Below are positions 43,986 through 53,411 of a stretch of 64,000 nucleotides of DNA, one piece after another. Positions within the stretch are counted from its first letter, which is position 1, and each line of letters begins with the position of its first letter. The stretch spans positions 78,463-142,462 of the forward strand of contig VRVR01000001.1 in assembly GCA_009859145.1 (NCBI GenBank), written 5' to 3'. This DNA comes from Andalucia godoyi And28. Lineage: Eukaryota; Protista; Jakobida. The position numbers and the translations under genes were made by a program. A model generated the notes under the pieces. That model was not told the origin of the DNA and searched no databases. It was given only the letters and a program-made list of their open reading frames with translations.

Positions 43986-45386
43986 TCACAGTGCACAGTA
44001 GTCCTTGAGCAGCTGCTCGCAGTGGACAAACGCTACATCAAAGTCCCCTCTTTCCATTCCATGTTTCTCATAAAAATGTACGTATGCATTCGCCTGAAAT
44101 GTCTCGTGTGCTTTTCCAATGACCCGCTGAAGAGGATCGACAATTGCTTGGCTATTCATGAAGCAGGAAACCATTTTCTCGTGACCGCCAAATGCATCTT
44201 CCGAGCAACGCAATTGAAGTCCACTATCCTTTCTCCAGTCGCTGAACAAAGCCTTGTCGTGGAACGGCGACGGGTCGGCAGAAGGAAGAGCGTTTCCTCT
44301 CAGCACAACAGAAACGGCAACACATCGATTTGGAAGGATATCGGAGGAGGTGAGGCGATCACGAAACGAGACGTCCCATCGAATGTGGTTCTCGGTGCGC
44401 GCATTGCACACAACTGCCTGGTGAGAATGCTTGATCAGTTGATGCCACGTGTACGTTGAAAATTCGATGGAGTTCCTCGGCATCTGCGGAAGAAGCTTCG
44501 ACGTCAACAATTTGTAGCCTGGGTGGGAACAAAGATGCGACACTGCATCGAGTATCGCTCGCGACGGACGGGTAGCGTCCGGTGCAACGCTGTACATCTG
44601 GACGACGTGGTCTGGAGACTTGACCTTTTCTCTCAATTTCGGTTCGTATCGAGAGACGTTTGCATGAAACATTGGCAGAAGCACCCCGGCCATGCTCCTT
44701 GCGATCACCTCGTTCAGCAAATCAAAAGACGGCCTCTTCTCCTTCAGCACGTGTCGACAAACCAAGTCGACTTCGTCATTCTCGAAAATCCAGACCGCAT
44801 CCGAAACCGAGTCGAGATGGGAAAGAGTCAGCAAAGCATTGAAGTTCTGCACAATAACTTCGCCCGTTTGATACGGCCAGACCACGCAATTCATAATTGT
44901 CAAATTGGGATACAAGTCCCGAACCATTTGGGCTAGGAATGCGCCGAGTCCTGAGCCCGTTCCACCCGCAACGGAAGTCAGAATCAGCGCAGCCTGCAGC
45001 GAATCGCATGCATCCATCTCTTCGGAAATGATCTTCTCTATGTTCTCTGCACAAGAGGGCCCGTGTACATGGAATCCGAATGCCCAGTTGTTCGCGGATC
45101 CGGATTGTTTCGTGAATGCCCGGCACTTCTCATAACTCCATAGCGTCTCTGTCCTGGATTTTCCCACAACATCGACCACAACTTTCGGTTCCATGTCAAT
45201 CAACACGGCGCGCGGAGTCCACTTTGCACCTGGCTTTGACGATGCTGTTTCCGACTGGAAGAACGTATTCCGAACACTTGCAATAAACTCCGGCCCTGCC
45301 TTTTCACAAGCATTTGCCAAGGTCCTGAACAGCTCAAATCCAACCTGATTGCCGCACTGCCCAACTTGTATCGTCACAATCGACAT
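43986..45386 (-). CDS. TUBD1: Delta-tubulin
   Basis: MSIVTIQVGQCGNQVG, PRAVLIDMEPKVV, SGSANNWAFGFHVHGP, SVAGGTGSGLG and KAHETFQANAYVHFYEKHG. Confidence 0.95.
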   Translation of the reverse strand: MSIVTIQVGQCGNQVGFELFRTLANACEKAGPEFIASVRNTFFQSETASSKPGAKWTPRAVLIDMEPKVVVDVVGKSRTETLWSYEKCRAFTKQSGSANNWAFGFHVHGPSCAENIEKIISEEMDACDSLQAALILTSVAGGTGSGLGAFLAQMVRDLYPNLTIMNCVVWPYQTGEVIVQNFNALLTLSHLDSVSDAVWIFENDEVDLVCRHVLKEKRPSFDLLNEVIARSMAGVLLPMFHANVSRYEPKLREKVKSPDHVVQMYSVAPDATRPSRAILDAVSHLCSHPGYKLLTSKLLPQMPRNSIEFSTYTWHQLIKHSHQAVVCNARTENHIRWDVSFRDRLTSSDILPNRCVAVSVVLRGNALPSADPSPFHDKALFSDWRKDSGLQLRCSEDAFGGHEKMVSCFMNSQAIVDPLQRVIGKAHETFQANAYVHFYEKHGMERGDFDVAFVHCEQLLKDYCAL

Positions 45387-45687
45387 GTTCCCACCTCAGC
45401 AATACCTCCAATCTCCTCCGCAGGTCCAGCACGCTGTGTCCAAACCAAAATACATTGAAATAAATAATTAATTCATGTTTTAAAAAATGCGCATTTACGG
45501 CAGGAAAGCTGACTGTCGGGGAGGGGCGGAAAACCCCCGCGCGAATTGGCATTTGGCGGTAAAACTCTCCTCTCTTCGTTTTTCCCTGTTCTTCGATTTT
45601 TCGTTTTACTTCTTCGTTTTTTTAAAATTTTAAAGTTAAAAAAGAATCAAACATTTTAGAATTGAAGAGTCGATTTCAGCAAATATC

Positions 45688-46986
45688 ATGAGCTCCCCTG
45701 CATCAGCTCTTCTTCAACAGGCGGAGGCTGTTCTGCACGCTATTTCAGGAGGCTCTTCCGAGCTGCACTGTGTTGTTCGTGAGCTTGTTTCGCAGCTTCA
45801 TGATTCTTATCGGCAGCTTTCCCTCCTCCAGTCCGAACATGAAATGATTCGCTACAAATACGAGCAACAAATATTCATGTATGCCTTCTTCTTCTTCTTT
45901 CCCCCGTCCTCTCTTTCAAGCTATGTTTCCGCATTTCTCGCAGTTCGTTTGCCAATATTGCTTTTCTTTTGTTCGTATACATGCGTGTGCATTAGGCTTC
46001 GGGAATCATTTACGGCCATGGACAATGTTCTGCAAGAAGACAGTCGGATTCTTGATTACGTACAGCAACGCCACAGCGTCATTCGCAACGCTTTGGATGA
46101 GACTCCGCGAATTGCATCAAGAATTGTACAAAACGTTGCAAAAGATGTGCCTATCTCGAAGAGTCTCGACATCGGAACACCGAAAGCAACAAATATTTCC
46201 GCAAACCGCCCAAGTCCAGCTTCTCGCAAGACGCTCAATTTGGCATCTCCAGTCCTGGTTCCCTCGGGAAAGAAGGATCCAAGCAGCGGAGCAGGAAGTA
46301 AGGAATACCTCATCAAAGCAAGGATCTCATCAGAAACGCTGAAACTGGCTCCAGATTCCATTTTTTCAGAACCAGCGTTCGCATCGCGATCAGGGCTGGC
46401 TGCGGCTTGCGCTGACCCACCCATTTCCACGTCCGCAGCTGCGCCTTTGCAAGCCAGCAACGAGGAAATTGACGAGTTTTCCCACCGGTACAACATTCGA
46501 AAAGAAAAGGAGATCAAGGTTCAGCAACAGCGCCAACAGCAGCAGCAGCAACAACAACAACACCAGTCACAGCCAAAAGTGTCTGTGGAACATTCCAATG
46601 CTGTCGTGGGCGACGCAGCGGAGAATACGAAGGAGCATGAATCAAGTCGCAAGCGGCCACGTTCCACGGCAGACGGCGCTCGTGGAATCGACGACTACAA
46701 GTCAGAGCCATCGAAAAAGTCAAAAAAGGTTCGAGAGGAATCGAATGGGACCACTTGTCCCGAATGCGATGCACTGATCACGAGCATTGTGCAAAACAAG
46801 GATATTGACATGTCAAAGGTTGACATCAAGGACATGTGCAGACACAAGCATGTGCACCGCCCGCCCAAGAAACACATTGAAATCTACGGTGACGAGTGGC
46901 GCCAGAACGGAGTCCAAGTTGCGACGACGCAGGAAGAAAGACAAGCAATTGCAGAACGAGAACTGATTCGATCAAAGTTTGCCTAG
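45688..46986 (+). CDS. CtIP/Sae2/Com1-like protein (divergent)
   Basis: N-terminal coiled coil, a disordered middle and C-terminal GTTCPEC...MCRHKHVHRPP. Probable intron at 45879-45995. Confidence 0.55.
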   Translation: MSSPASALLQQAEAVLHAISGGSSELHCVVRELVSQLHDSYRQLSLLQSEHEMIRYKYEQQIFMYAFFFFFPPSSLSSYVSAFLAVRLPILLFFCSYTCVCIRLRESFTAMDNVLQEDSRILDYVQQRHSVIRNALDETPRIASRIVQNVAKDVPISKSLDIGTPKATNISANRPSPASRKTLNLASPVLVPSGKKDPSSGAGSKEYLIKARISSETLKLAPDSIFSEPAFASRSGLAAACADPPISTSAAAPLQASNEEIDEFSHRYNIRKEKEIKVQQQRQQQQQQQQQHQSQPKVSVEHSNAVVGDAAENTKEHESSRKRPRSTADGARGIDDYKSEPSKKSKKVREESNGTTCPECDALITSIVQNKDIDMSKVDIKDMCRHKHVHRPPKKHIEIYGDEWRQNGVQVATTQEERQAIAERELIRSKFA

Positions 46987-47273
46987 CGCTGGTGTTTTGG
47001 TGCTATGGTGCAAGAAAGCGATTCACACAATCGCTTCGCAAGTGGGGGAACAGAAAGGAATGTGTGCGAGAACGTGCGTCGGGGGCGCGATGCCAGTCTT
47101 TTAGGGGCGAGAGTGCATAAAAGATGGTGCAAGACGGGCAGGGACAGGGGGCCGGGCGGAAGGGTCGTCGAGGAAGTTTACTTGATGAAATGCGCCGAAT
47201 GAAGATGAATGTAATATGAAACGACAGTGAATACGCCAGCACCATCAAAACATCCGAATCAAGAAATAATCAA

Positions 47274-47445
47274 TCAGTTTTCAGAATCATCGTTTGCTGG
47301 CTGCGTTTTTTCCGCGCCCGATGGTGAAGCACTGAACGAAAAGAGGCGTTTTGAACAGAAAGCATGAATCAAAAAAATGAGAACATGGCAAGAATGGTTA
47401 ATCGAAAACGCAAGATGAAACACAGATTATGAAGCACAAGAATCG

Positions 47446-47477
<32 letters not shown>

Positions 47478-48033
47478 CATACTCATCATCGTTATAGCGC
47501 GTTGATGGTCTCTTATCATAAGGCGCATCCCTAGAAGACGACCGTTCGTTGTGCATCAGAGTCAAGCGAGGTGGCTTTTTTGCGTATTCCACAGTCAGTG
47601 TTCGTCCAAAGACTCGTCGGTTGTTGAACGCAAAAATAGCATCATCTGCATCCCTTGGATCGAAGTATTCGATAAATGCGAACCCTTTGCAGCAATTGTC
47701 TTCATCTCGAGGAACCAAACAGCTTCGAATGCGCCCGTTTCGACGAAACTCATGAAGCAGTTCGTTGTCTGTCACATCATCTGGAAGCCTCGATATGTAA
47801 ATAATGCGCCGTGGGCGCTCTCCGCCATCACGATCCCCGTTCGAGTTCGGACGAAAGTCATCACGACGAGAATCCCGCGAACTCGATCGCGTGTGGGAGG
47901 CTGAGGATGCAGAGACAGACGAGGAAGAACCTGAGAAAGATGAAGACGAAAGCGAAGTCAATGCGTCTGTAGACCGAGTGGGATCACGAAGGCTGCGATC
48001 TGGGGAACGGGGAGGCGACGCAGAGCCAGACAT
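47274..48033 (-). CDS. SR-like single-RRM RNA-binding protein, two exons
   Basis: RNP2 IIYISRL and RNP1 KGFAFIEY with an RS/RD-rich N-terminus. A GTATGT intron containing (CT)n is spliced to ASPSGAEKTQPANDDSEN*. Confidence 0.85.
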
Positions 48034-48163
48034 TTTCGTTTTCTGTTTTTTTCTAAATTACTGCGCACATGCACTCGAGGCAAGATAGAAGAGAGAAATG
48101 GGGTAGTGCAAAATTTTGGTCTCGGGTGCTGTCTGTCCGAGCTCAGCTGTGATGCGAGCTGCA

Positions 48164-48199
<36 letters not shown>

Positions 48200-48553
48200 A
48201 ATGATAATATTAATTCAGAAAAAATCAAAGGGAGAAAAAATAACAGAAGGGGGAAAAAGGGGAAAAGGAGTGTCTTGCAGACTACGATTGCATGGTTGCA
48301 CATGCATGATAATGGCTGTGCCCCACGGCCCAGCGGGTCCGGACTCGGACTTTTCGGAGTCCGAATGTGTGCATCAGAATGATGTGCGTTTCTGTTGCTG
48401 CCGTCTGCACTCATGTCTAATTTGCATAGAATTTCCAAAACCTGTTCCAATGCTGTGTCAGTGAAAAGTGCTTATTTTTGTAGTGTACAGTATATTGGAT
48501 TGATCTTCTCGGAGGAGGAGAGGAAAAAAGAAAAGAAAAGAAAAGAAAAAAAG

Positions 48554-51500
48554 ATGTCGTTTGATGTGTTTCGGATCATTTATGCGACACCAAATTCTTC
48601 TCGTGCTGTACCTCGAAAGCTGGTCTTGGACGATCGGAACGGCGAGCTCAAACTTGTTGCTGCAGACAGTCGGTTATCCCAGTTTATTTCGTTCCGCGAT
48701 GTTGCAAATGTTCGGGAGGCTTTGGAATCCGATCGCTTCACTGTTTCACTGCGCTCTGGCGAGACTTTGCATTTTCGACTTGCGCTTCCAGTCCAAAGAA
48801 CGCGAGTTGTGTCCGAGTTAAGACGAATCATGAACGATCTGTTCGCCCATTCCCGGTCAAAATCGCCTCCCAAATCGTCTCATCGTACCATATCTTCACC
48901 AACGGCGGCACGTTCCCCACCGGCAAGTGTACACAAGTACGCCAACCCTGGTTTCCTGACGTTGTATCCTTTGCAGCCTCAGTTTTCAACAGCCTCGGTT
49001 TCCATCATCCATCCCTTGTTGTCTGAAGATGGCTTAACAGTATTTTCAGAGCTTGCGCTCCCAGCAATGTTGTGGTTCAGCATTGACAGAAATGGGATGC
49101 TGTCCGCTCATCGGTACCCCCGAGATTCCAAACCCGTATTTGAGATTTCTTTGTCAAAATGCGAAGGATCCGTCGTCTCGGAGCAGGAAGAGTTTTTCTT
49201 TTGTTTCAATCTCGGTGGCTCTTTTACGCTTCGACTATGCGCAACGTCCCAAGAAGAGAGACTCGAGTGGGTGAATACGTTGCTGATGAGTATTCACTCT
49301 GTCCGACCGCTGCCAGCACTTTCTCCATTTTCGCCGCCATCGCTGGCCACACGATCTCGGACCACCATTCTGACATCGCCTGAAATCGTATCTCCGTATC
49401 AAGAATCTGCTCAGGATTTCTTGAATTCTGTTTTGAAGAGCAGTTTTTCGAAGGCAAAGCAAGAGTCCATCTCTGAGTTCATGTCCACTGCTGATCCATC
49501 CGATCTCAAGTACTATGTTTTGCAAGAAAATTCCATTGCCAACGATGCGAGCGATGATGTGATTCGTGCGCTTTGGAAGAATGATGATGTCGAAAATCTT
49601 CATCTCATGTACGAGACTTGTTTTAAGCCGATTGCTGCACCTGTTGTGGATTCTTTATCACAAAATGGCGAAGCGCAGGAAGTTTCGGTGGATGATGTTC
49701 AGTCAATTGCACCACCAGAATCTTTTTCGCCGAAGTCGGCGACCAGAAGTCGCGACGATGCATCCATCCATAGCGGTACCCCGTCTCCTCGATCGTCTCG
49801 TCGAACATCCCATGACAGATCCGTTCGAATGGCAAGTCCACGCTCTGCGTCTTCGCAAAATAGGATGCCGTCGAATAGTCCACCCGCGGCGACGAAATCT
49901 GGAGGCAGGGACTCTGAGGCTCATCTGACTGTGAGGCCCTCTGCGGAACCGTCGTCTCCGAGATCGCAGACCACTGTTCCTGTGGATTCCGCATCTGCAA
50001 GGCGTTCATCAACAGCATCCAGCCCAAAGTCTCAGTCGCAGTCGCAGTCGCAGTCTCCTGTCATCCCGCTCAATACTGCTCATCAGGAGCATCGATCGGA
50101 AGAGAACTGCCAACCTGCTGGAATCGCTGCAGATGAACCGGGGCAACTGCAACCTGCAGCTCCATCTGACGCGTCATCCAGCGATTCTGTATCCGTTTCA
50201 CATGTCCAAGCCTCTTCAGAAGCGGATGCAGCTCATCATTCACCGACACCCCCATCAGGTTGTCCACTACCTAGCGGGGAGTCGTCTTCTTCCGATCCTG
50301 CTTGTTCGTCTCCAGCCGCTAGCGCCTCTTCTCCGGTGCTTCCTCCTCCTCCTCCTCCTCCTCCTCCAATGCACTCCAACTCACAGGCTTCTGTTGCTGC
50401 TGTTCATACTCCGACAAAGACTGGCGCTCCTCCGTCTCAAGCACCGCCACCACCGCCACCACCCCCTCCATCACGTCCTCCTGGTTCTTCTTCTACTTCG
50501 GCTGATGTTGCTGCACCTGCACCTCCTCCTCCGCCACCACCACCACCACCACCACCGTCACAGTCACAATCACAATCACAATCAGTATTGTCACCATCAC
50601 CAACTGCTATTGCATCATCGTCTACGACTGCCGCTCTGCAGTCATCAGCAGGGGACAGCCGAGCCTCGGCAATTCCGTCTCAAAGTACCTCCGTGCCTGT
50701 TTCTGATGAGCCTGCTCATTCTGGAAATGTGGAGTCATCTAGGGGTTTGTCAGATGGAAGCGGGTCAGAACTCCGCATTTCAACGGGACCGTCCCCGTCG
50801 GATGATGATCAAATGGCTGCTTCCACATCGCCCATTTCTCCGGAAAGGTCGGATTTGTTGTCCAGTATTCGGAACCGTCGCCAGACAGTGTTCAAGACAC
50901 CAACTCCGGATGCTCCCGTGGACACCGCATCCACGTACAAGGCTGTCATCCGAGTTGATCCAGCAGTTCTCGATCCTCTTCCAAGCAACATGGAACTCGT
51001 TCGACAAATAGTTTCCACCAATCCGACTCGAAAGGAGGTCATGGAGCGCATTAGAGGGAAATATAAGAACCGAAAAGTTGCAGGTGTTGGACCCAACGTG
51101 GATCCTTCTGCTGATGCACAGTCGGCCACACCAGGCTCCACTACGGCGGTCGAGTCATCGTCAACTGCATTGCAAGATCCTGCGTCGACATCCGTGGCCG
51201 TTGAGAGTTCGGAACCTCGAAAAGAATCATCCTCGGCGTCTGCGGATGCCAGCGGAGCGCCGGAATCGTCTCAGTCAGAAGATCGGCGCGCGATTCTTGC
51301 TCGTCTTCGATCGCGGAACCGCAGGACAATTTCCCCTACTCGCGAAGCGCCCATGAAATCCTCCGACGCGGACGCAACGACTGAACCTTCGATGGCTGGC
51401 TCGAGCGGTGACGTCTCAACTTCTCCCGTTCCTGCTTCTGACGTAGCGCCGTTGCCTGCCCCGCCTGCCGCGAGTCACACTCCGACATCCGTTGTCACGG

Positions 51501-52270
51501 CTTCGTCTTCGTCTTCGTCTTCGTCTTCCCCACCCACTGCTGCTTCAAACTCTACGCATCCTGCGATGACTAGTGACTCTGTGCAAGAGAATGAGGCTGG
51601 TGTATCGGCATCGCAGTCACAGAAGCAATCAGCAGCTGAGGCTGAGACAATTTCGATCACTCCTTCGGAATCAGAGCAAAGATCGACTGCAGCGCAGTCT
51701 TCCAATTCTGCGGCATCGATCAGCTCTCAACCTGGTCTCACTTCGTCGTCTTCTGCCGCTTCTTCTTCTTCTTCGGCCTCCACCGTGCCATCAACGGCAG
51801 CGAAAGATATGACGGACAAGCCTGTGCTGACGCCTGACAAGAAAAAAGAAGAAATTCGTGCAAGAAAGTTCTTGACAAGGCTGCGTAATGGGCAAGTGTT
51901 TACGAAACTGAGTTCAAAGCACCCTTCTAAGAAGACTATCCGGTCGATTCATCTCGCTCACGATGACAAGGAAGTCGTCTGGATTGATCGGCTTCACGGA
52001 AACAAGATTTGTGGTTCGCTTCCGATCTCTTCTATTTGGAGAGTAATCAAGTACGCACATCCCGGCCAAAAGTCTCGGCGTCCGCCGCTGCAAGTCCAAA
52101 AGGAAAAAGAAAGCGGCACTGCACTGCCCCATCTGCGTCTCGACGGAGAGCGCCCTCTAGACCTGCTCTGCTCATCTGAGGAAGAACGAGAAGAGTGGGC
52201 AGGGCTGTTTGTGTGGCTCTTGCGAGAACATAATGGAAACAAGACCTTCCCAGACGCAGAGGACTGGTAG
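48554..52270 (+). CDS. Multi-PH-domain, polyproline-rich protein
   Basis: N-terminal PH-like segments (RLCATSQEERLEWVNTL), three polyproline runs, WH2-like RSDLLSSIRNRR and a C-terminal PLC-type PH (LRNGQVFTK...LDLLCSSEEEREEW). Confidence 0.75.
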   Translation: MSFDVFRIIYATPNSSRAVPRKLVLDDRNGELKLVAADSRLSQFISFRDVANVREALESDRFTVSLRSGETLHFRLALPVQRTRVVSELRRIMNDLFAHSRSKSPPKSSHRTISSPTAARSPPASVHKYANPGFLTLYPLQPQFSTASVSIIHPLLSEDGLTVFSELALPAMLWFSIDRNGMLSAHRYPRDSKPVFEISLSKCEGSVVSEQEEFFFCFNLGGSFTLRLCATSQEERLEWVNTLLMSIHSVRPLPALSPFSPPSLATRSRTTILTSPEIVSPYQESAQDFLNSVLKSSFSKAKQESISEFMSTADPSDLKYYVLQENSIANDASDDVIRALWKNDDVENLHLMYETCFKPIAAPVVDSLSQNGEAQEVSVDDVQSIAPPESFSPKSATRSRDDASIHSGTPSPRSSRRTSHDRSVRMASPRSASSQNRMPSNSPPAATKSGGRDSEAHLTVRPSAEPSSPRSQTTVPVDSASARRSSTASSPKSQSQSQSQSPVIPLNTAHQEHRSEENCQPAGIAADEPGQLQPAAPSDASSSDSVSVSHVQASSEADAAHHSPTPPSGCPLPSGESSSSDPACSSPAASASSPVLPPPPPPPPPMHSNSQASVAAVHTPTKTGAPPSQAPPPPPPPPPSRPPGSSSTSADVAAPAPPPPPPPPPPPPSQSQSQSQSVLSPSPTAIASSSTTAALQSSAGDSRASAIPSQSTSVPVSDEPAHSGNVESSRGLSDGSGSELRISTGPSPSDDDQMAASTSPISPERSDLLSSIRNRRQTVFKTPTPDAPVDTASTYKAVIRVDPAVLDPLPSNMELVRQIVSTNPTRKEVMERIRGKYKNRKVAGVGPNVDPSADAQSATPGSTTAVESSSTALQDPASTSVAVESSEPRKESSSASADASGAPESSQSEDRRAILARLRSRNRRTISPTREAPMKSSDADATTEPSMAGSSGDVSTSPVPASDVAPLPAPPAASHTPTSVVTASSSSSSSSSPPTAASNSTHPAMTSDSVQENEAGVSASQSQKQSAAEAETISITPSESEQRSTAAQSSNSAASISSQPGLTSSSSAASSSSSASTVPSTAAKDMTDKPVLTPDKKKEEIRARKFLTRLRNGQVFTKLSSKHPSKKTIRSIHLAHDDKEVVWIDRLHGNKICGSLPISSIWRVIKYAHPGQKSRRPPLQVQKEKESGTALPHLRLDGERPLDLLCSSEEEREEWAGLFVWLLREHNGNKTFPDAEDW

Positions 52271-52746
52271 CCCCGAACTCCCGTGCTCCTTGTCCACTCG
52301 CTCCCCTCGCGTCCCCGATCTCGACTTTCTGTCCTTTACAGCTGGGACGAAAACGTGCATCCGTCACGCATCATTGGCTGCAGAATAGCATGTGAATTGA
52401 CACGCTTTCGGATGGTTTTTGCCAAGCTAACAAATATCTTTCATGTTTATAACGCACTGTTCTATTATTTTCTTTTTTCTGTTTTTGGCTTGTCGCATGG
52501 AATCCCCACGTACATGCCTCTTCCCTCTTCTGCGACGTTGGGACGGCGGGCTGCGTCGGGGCGGATCAGCAAACGTTCGAACTAGACCGCACACTACCGG
52601 AATGGAAGGACGATGATCTCAACGGCTCGATCAAAATAAAATTAAATAAAAAAAATAAAAAGAAACGAAACTTGAACAACGCCCCCGCGCACATATCACA
52701 ATTAAACGGATCAAACACCAGAAACATTCGGTTGAAGAGTAGCAGC

Positions 52747-53200
52747 CGCTCGCCAAAACATGAATCATTATTGATCGTCGCCTAAGCTGTCACCGGAGAG
52801 AAATCCCAGCCACATGTTTTTGTCTTGCATTCCGAACGCAATCGATCACATCTTCGTGAATTTAAAATATCTTGCTCTCCGCCTCTGACGAGAGGGAATC
52901 AACGGATTCCTTGGTTCTCGGCGTCGTCGGGCATGGCCGGTTTGAATTTTGATGGGAGATCCCTCTTTAACGCCTTGAGATGTTTTGTCTTTGTCGTTGA
53001 TGAAAGGTGCTGCTTGAGGGTTCGATCACAAAAACAAGAAACAAACGGAATACGTAGAATGAAGAAAGTTCTGGACTCGACTACGGTAAGAGAACTGCAA
53101 TTCGCTTGATGTTCAACGCTGATCCACAAAGCTGTCAGCTCTTACGGCAGGCGCTCCTTTTGGCTGCAATCAATTGATTCAACGACGGGGATTCCCAACC
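52747..53200 (-). mobile_element. Decayed Fanzor/TnpB-type element, family B copy 2
   Basis: The minus strand reads WESP..LIAAKRSA, NIKR/QFSYRSR, RTLKQHL..KHLKALKRDLPSKFKPAMPDDAENQG, VD, GEQDI..RCDRLRSE. The 3' end ttttggcgagcg is shared with 8862. Confidence 0.7.
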
Positions 53201-53411
53201 TCCTCCTCTTCTATTGTTGTTGTCCAATTCAGAAAAATAACAGATTTTCCGAGGAATGTTTTTATGTTTCCCATCCGCACCAGCATTGATTATTCTGCTT
53301 TTTTTTTTTGTTTGCATAGGAGTATTTATTTCATTTGTAAAATATTTGGACTGGAGGAGGTGAGAGACAAAAGAATAATAATAATAAGCTGCAGCTGCGT
53401 AAGAAAAAGGG

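Noticed and set aside
50330-50560. Formin call for the polyproline protein
   Set aside because: No FH2 domain follows the proline tracts.
52280-52640. Fragments IIVLPF, GMYVGIP and KVEIGD next to B2
   Set aside because: They resemble Fanzor motifs, but the order is wrong and the match to C1 is only about 11 nt.
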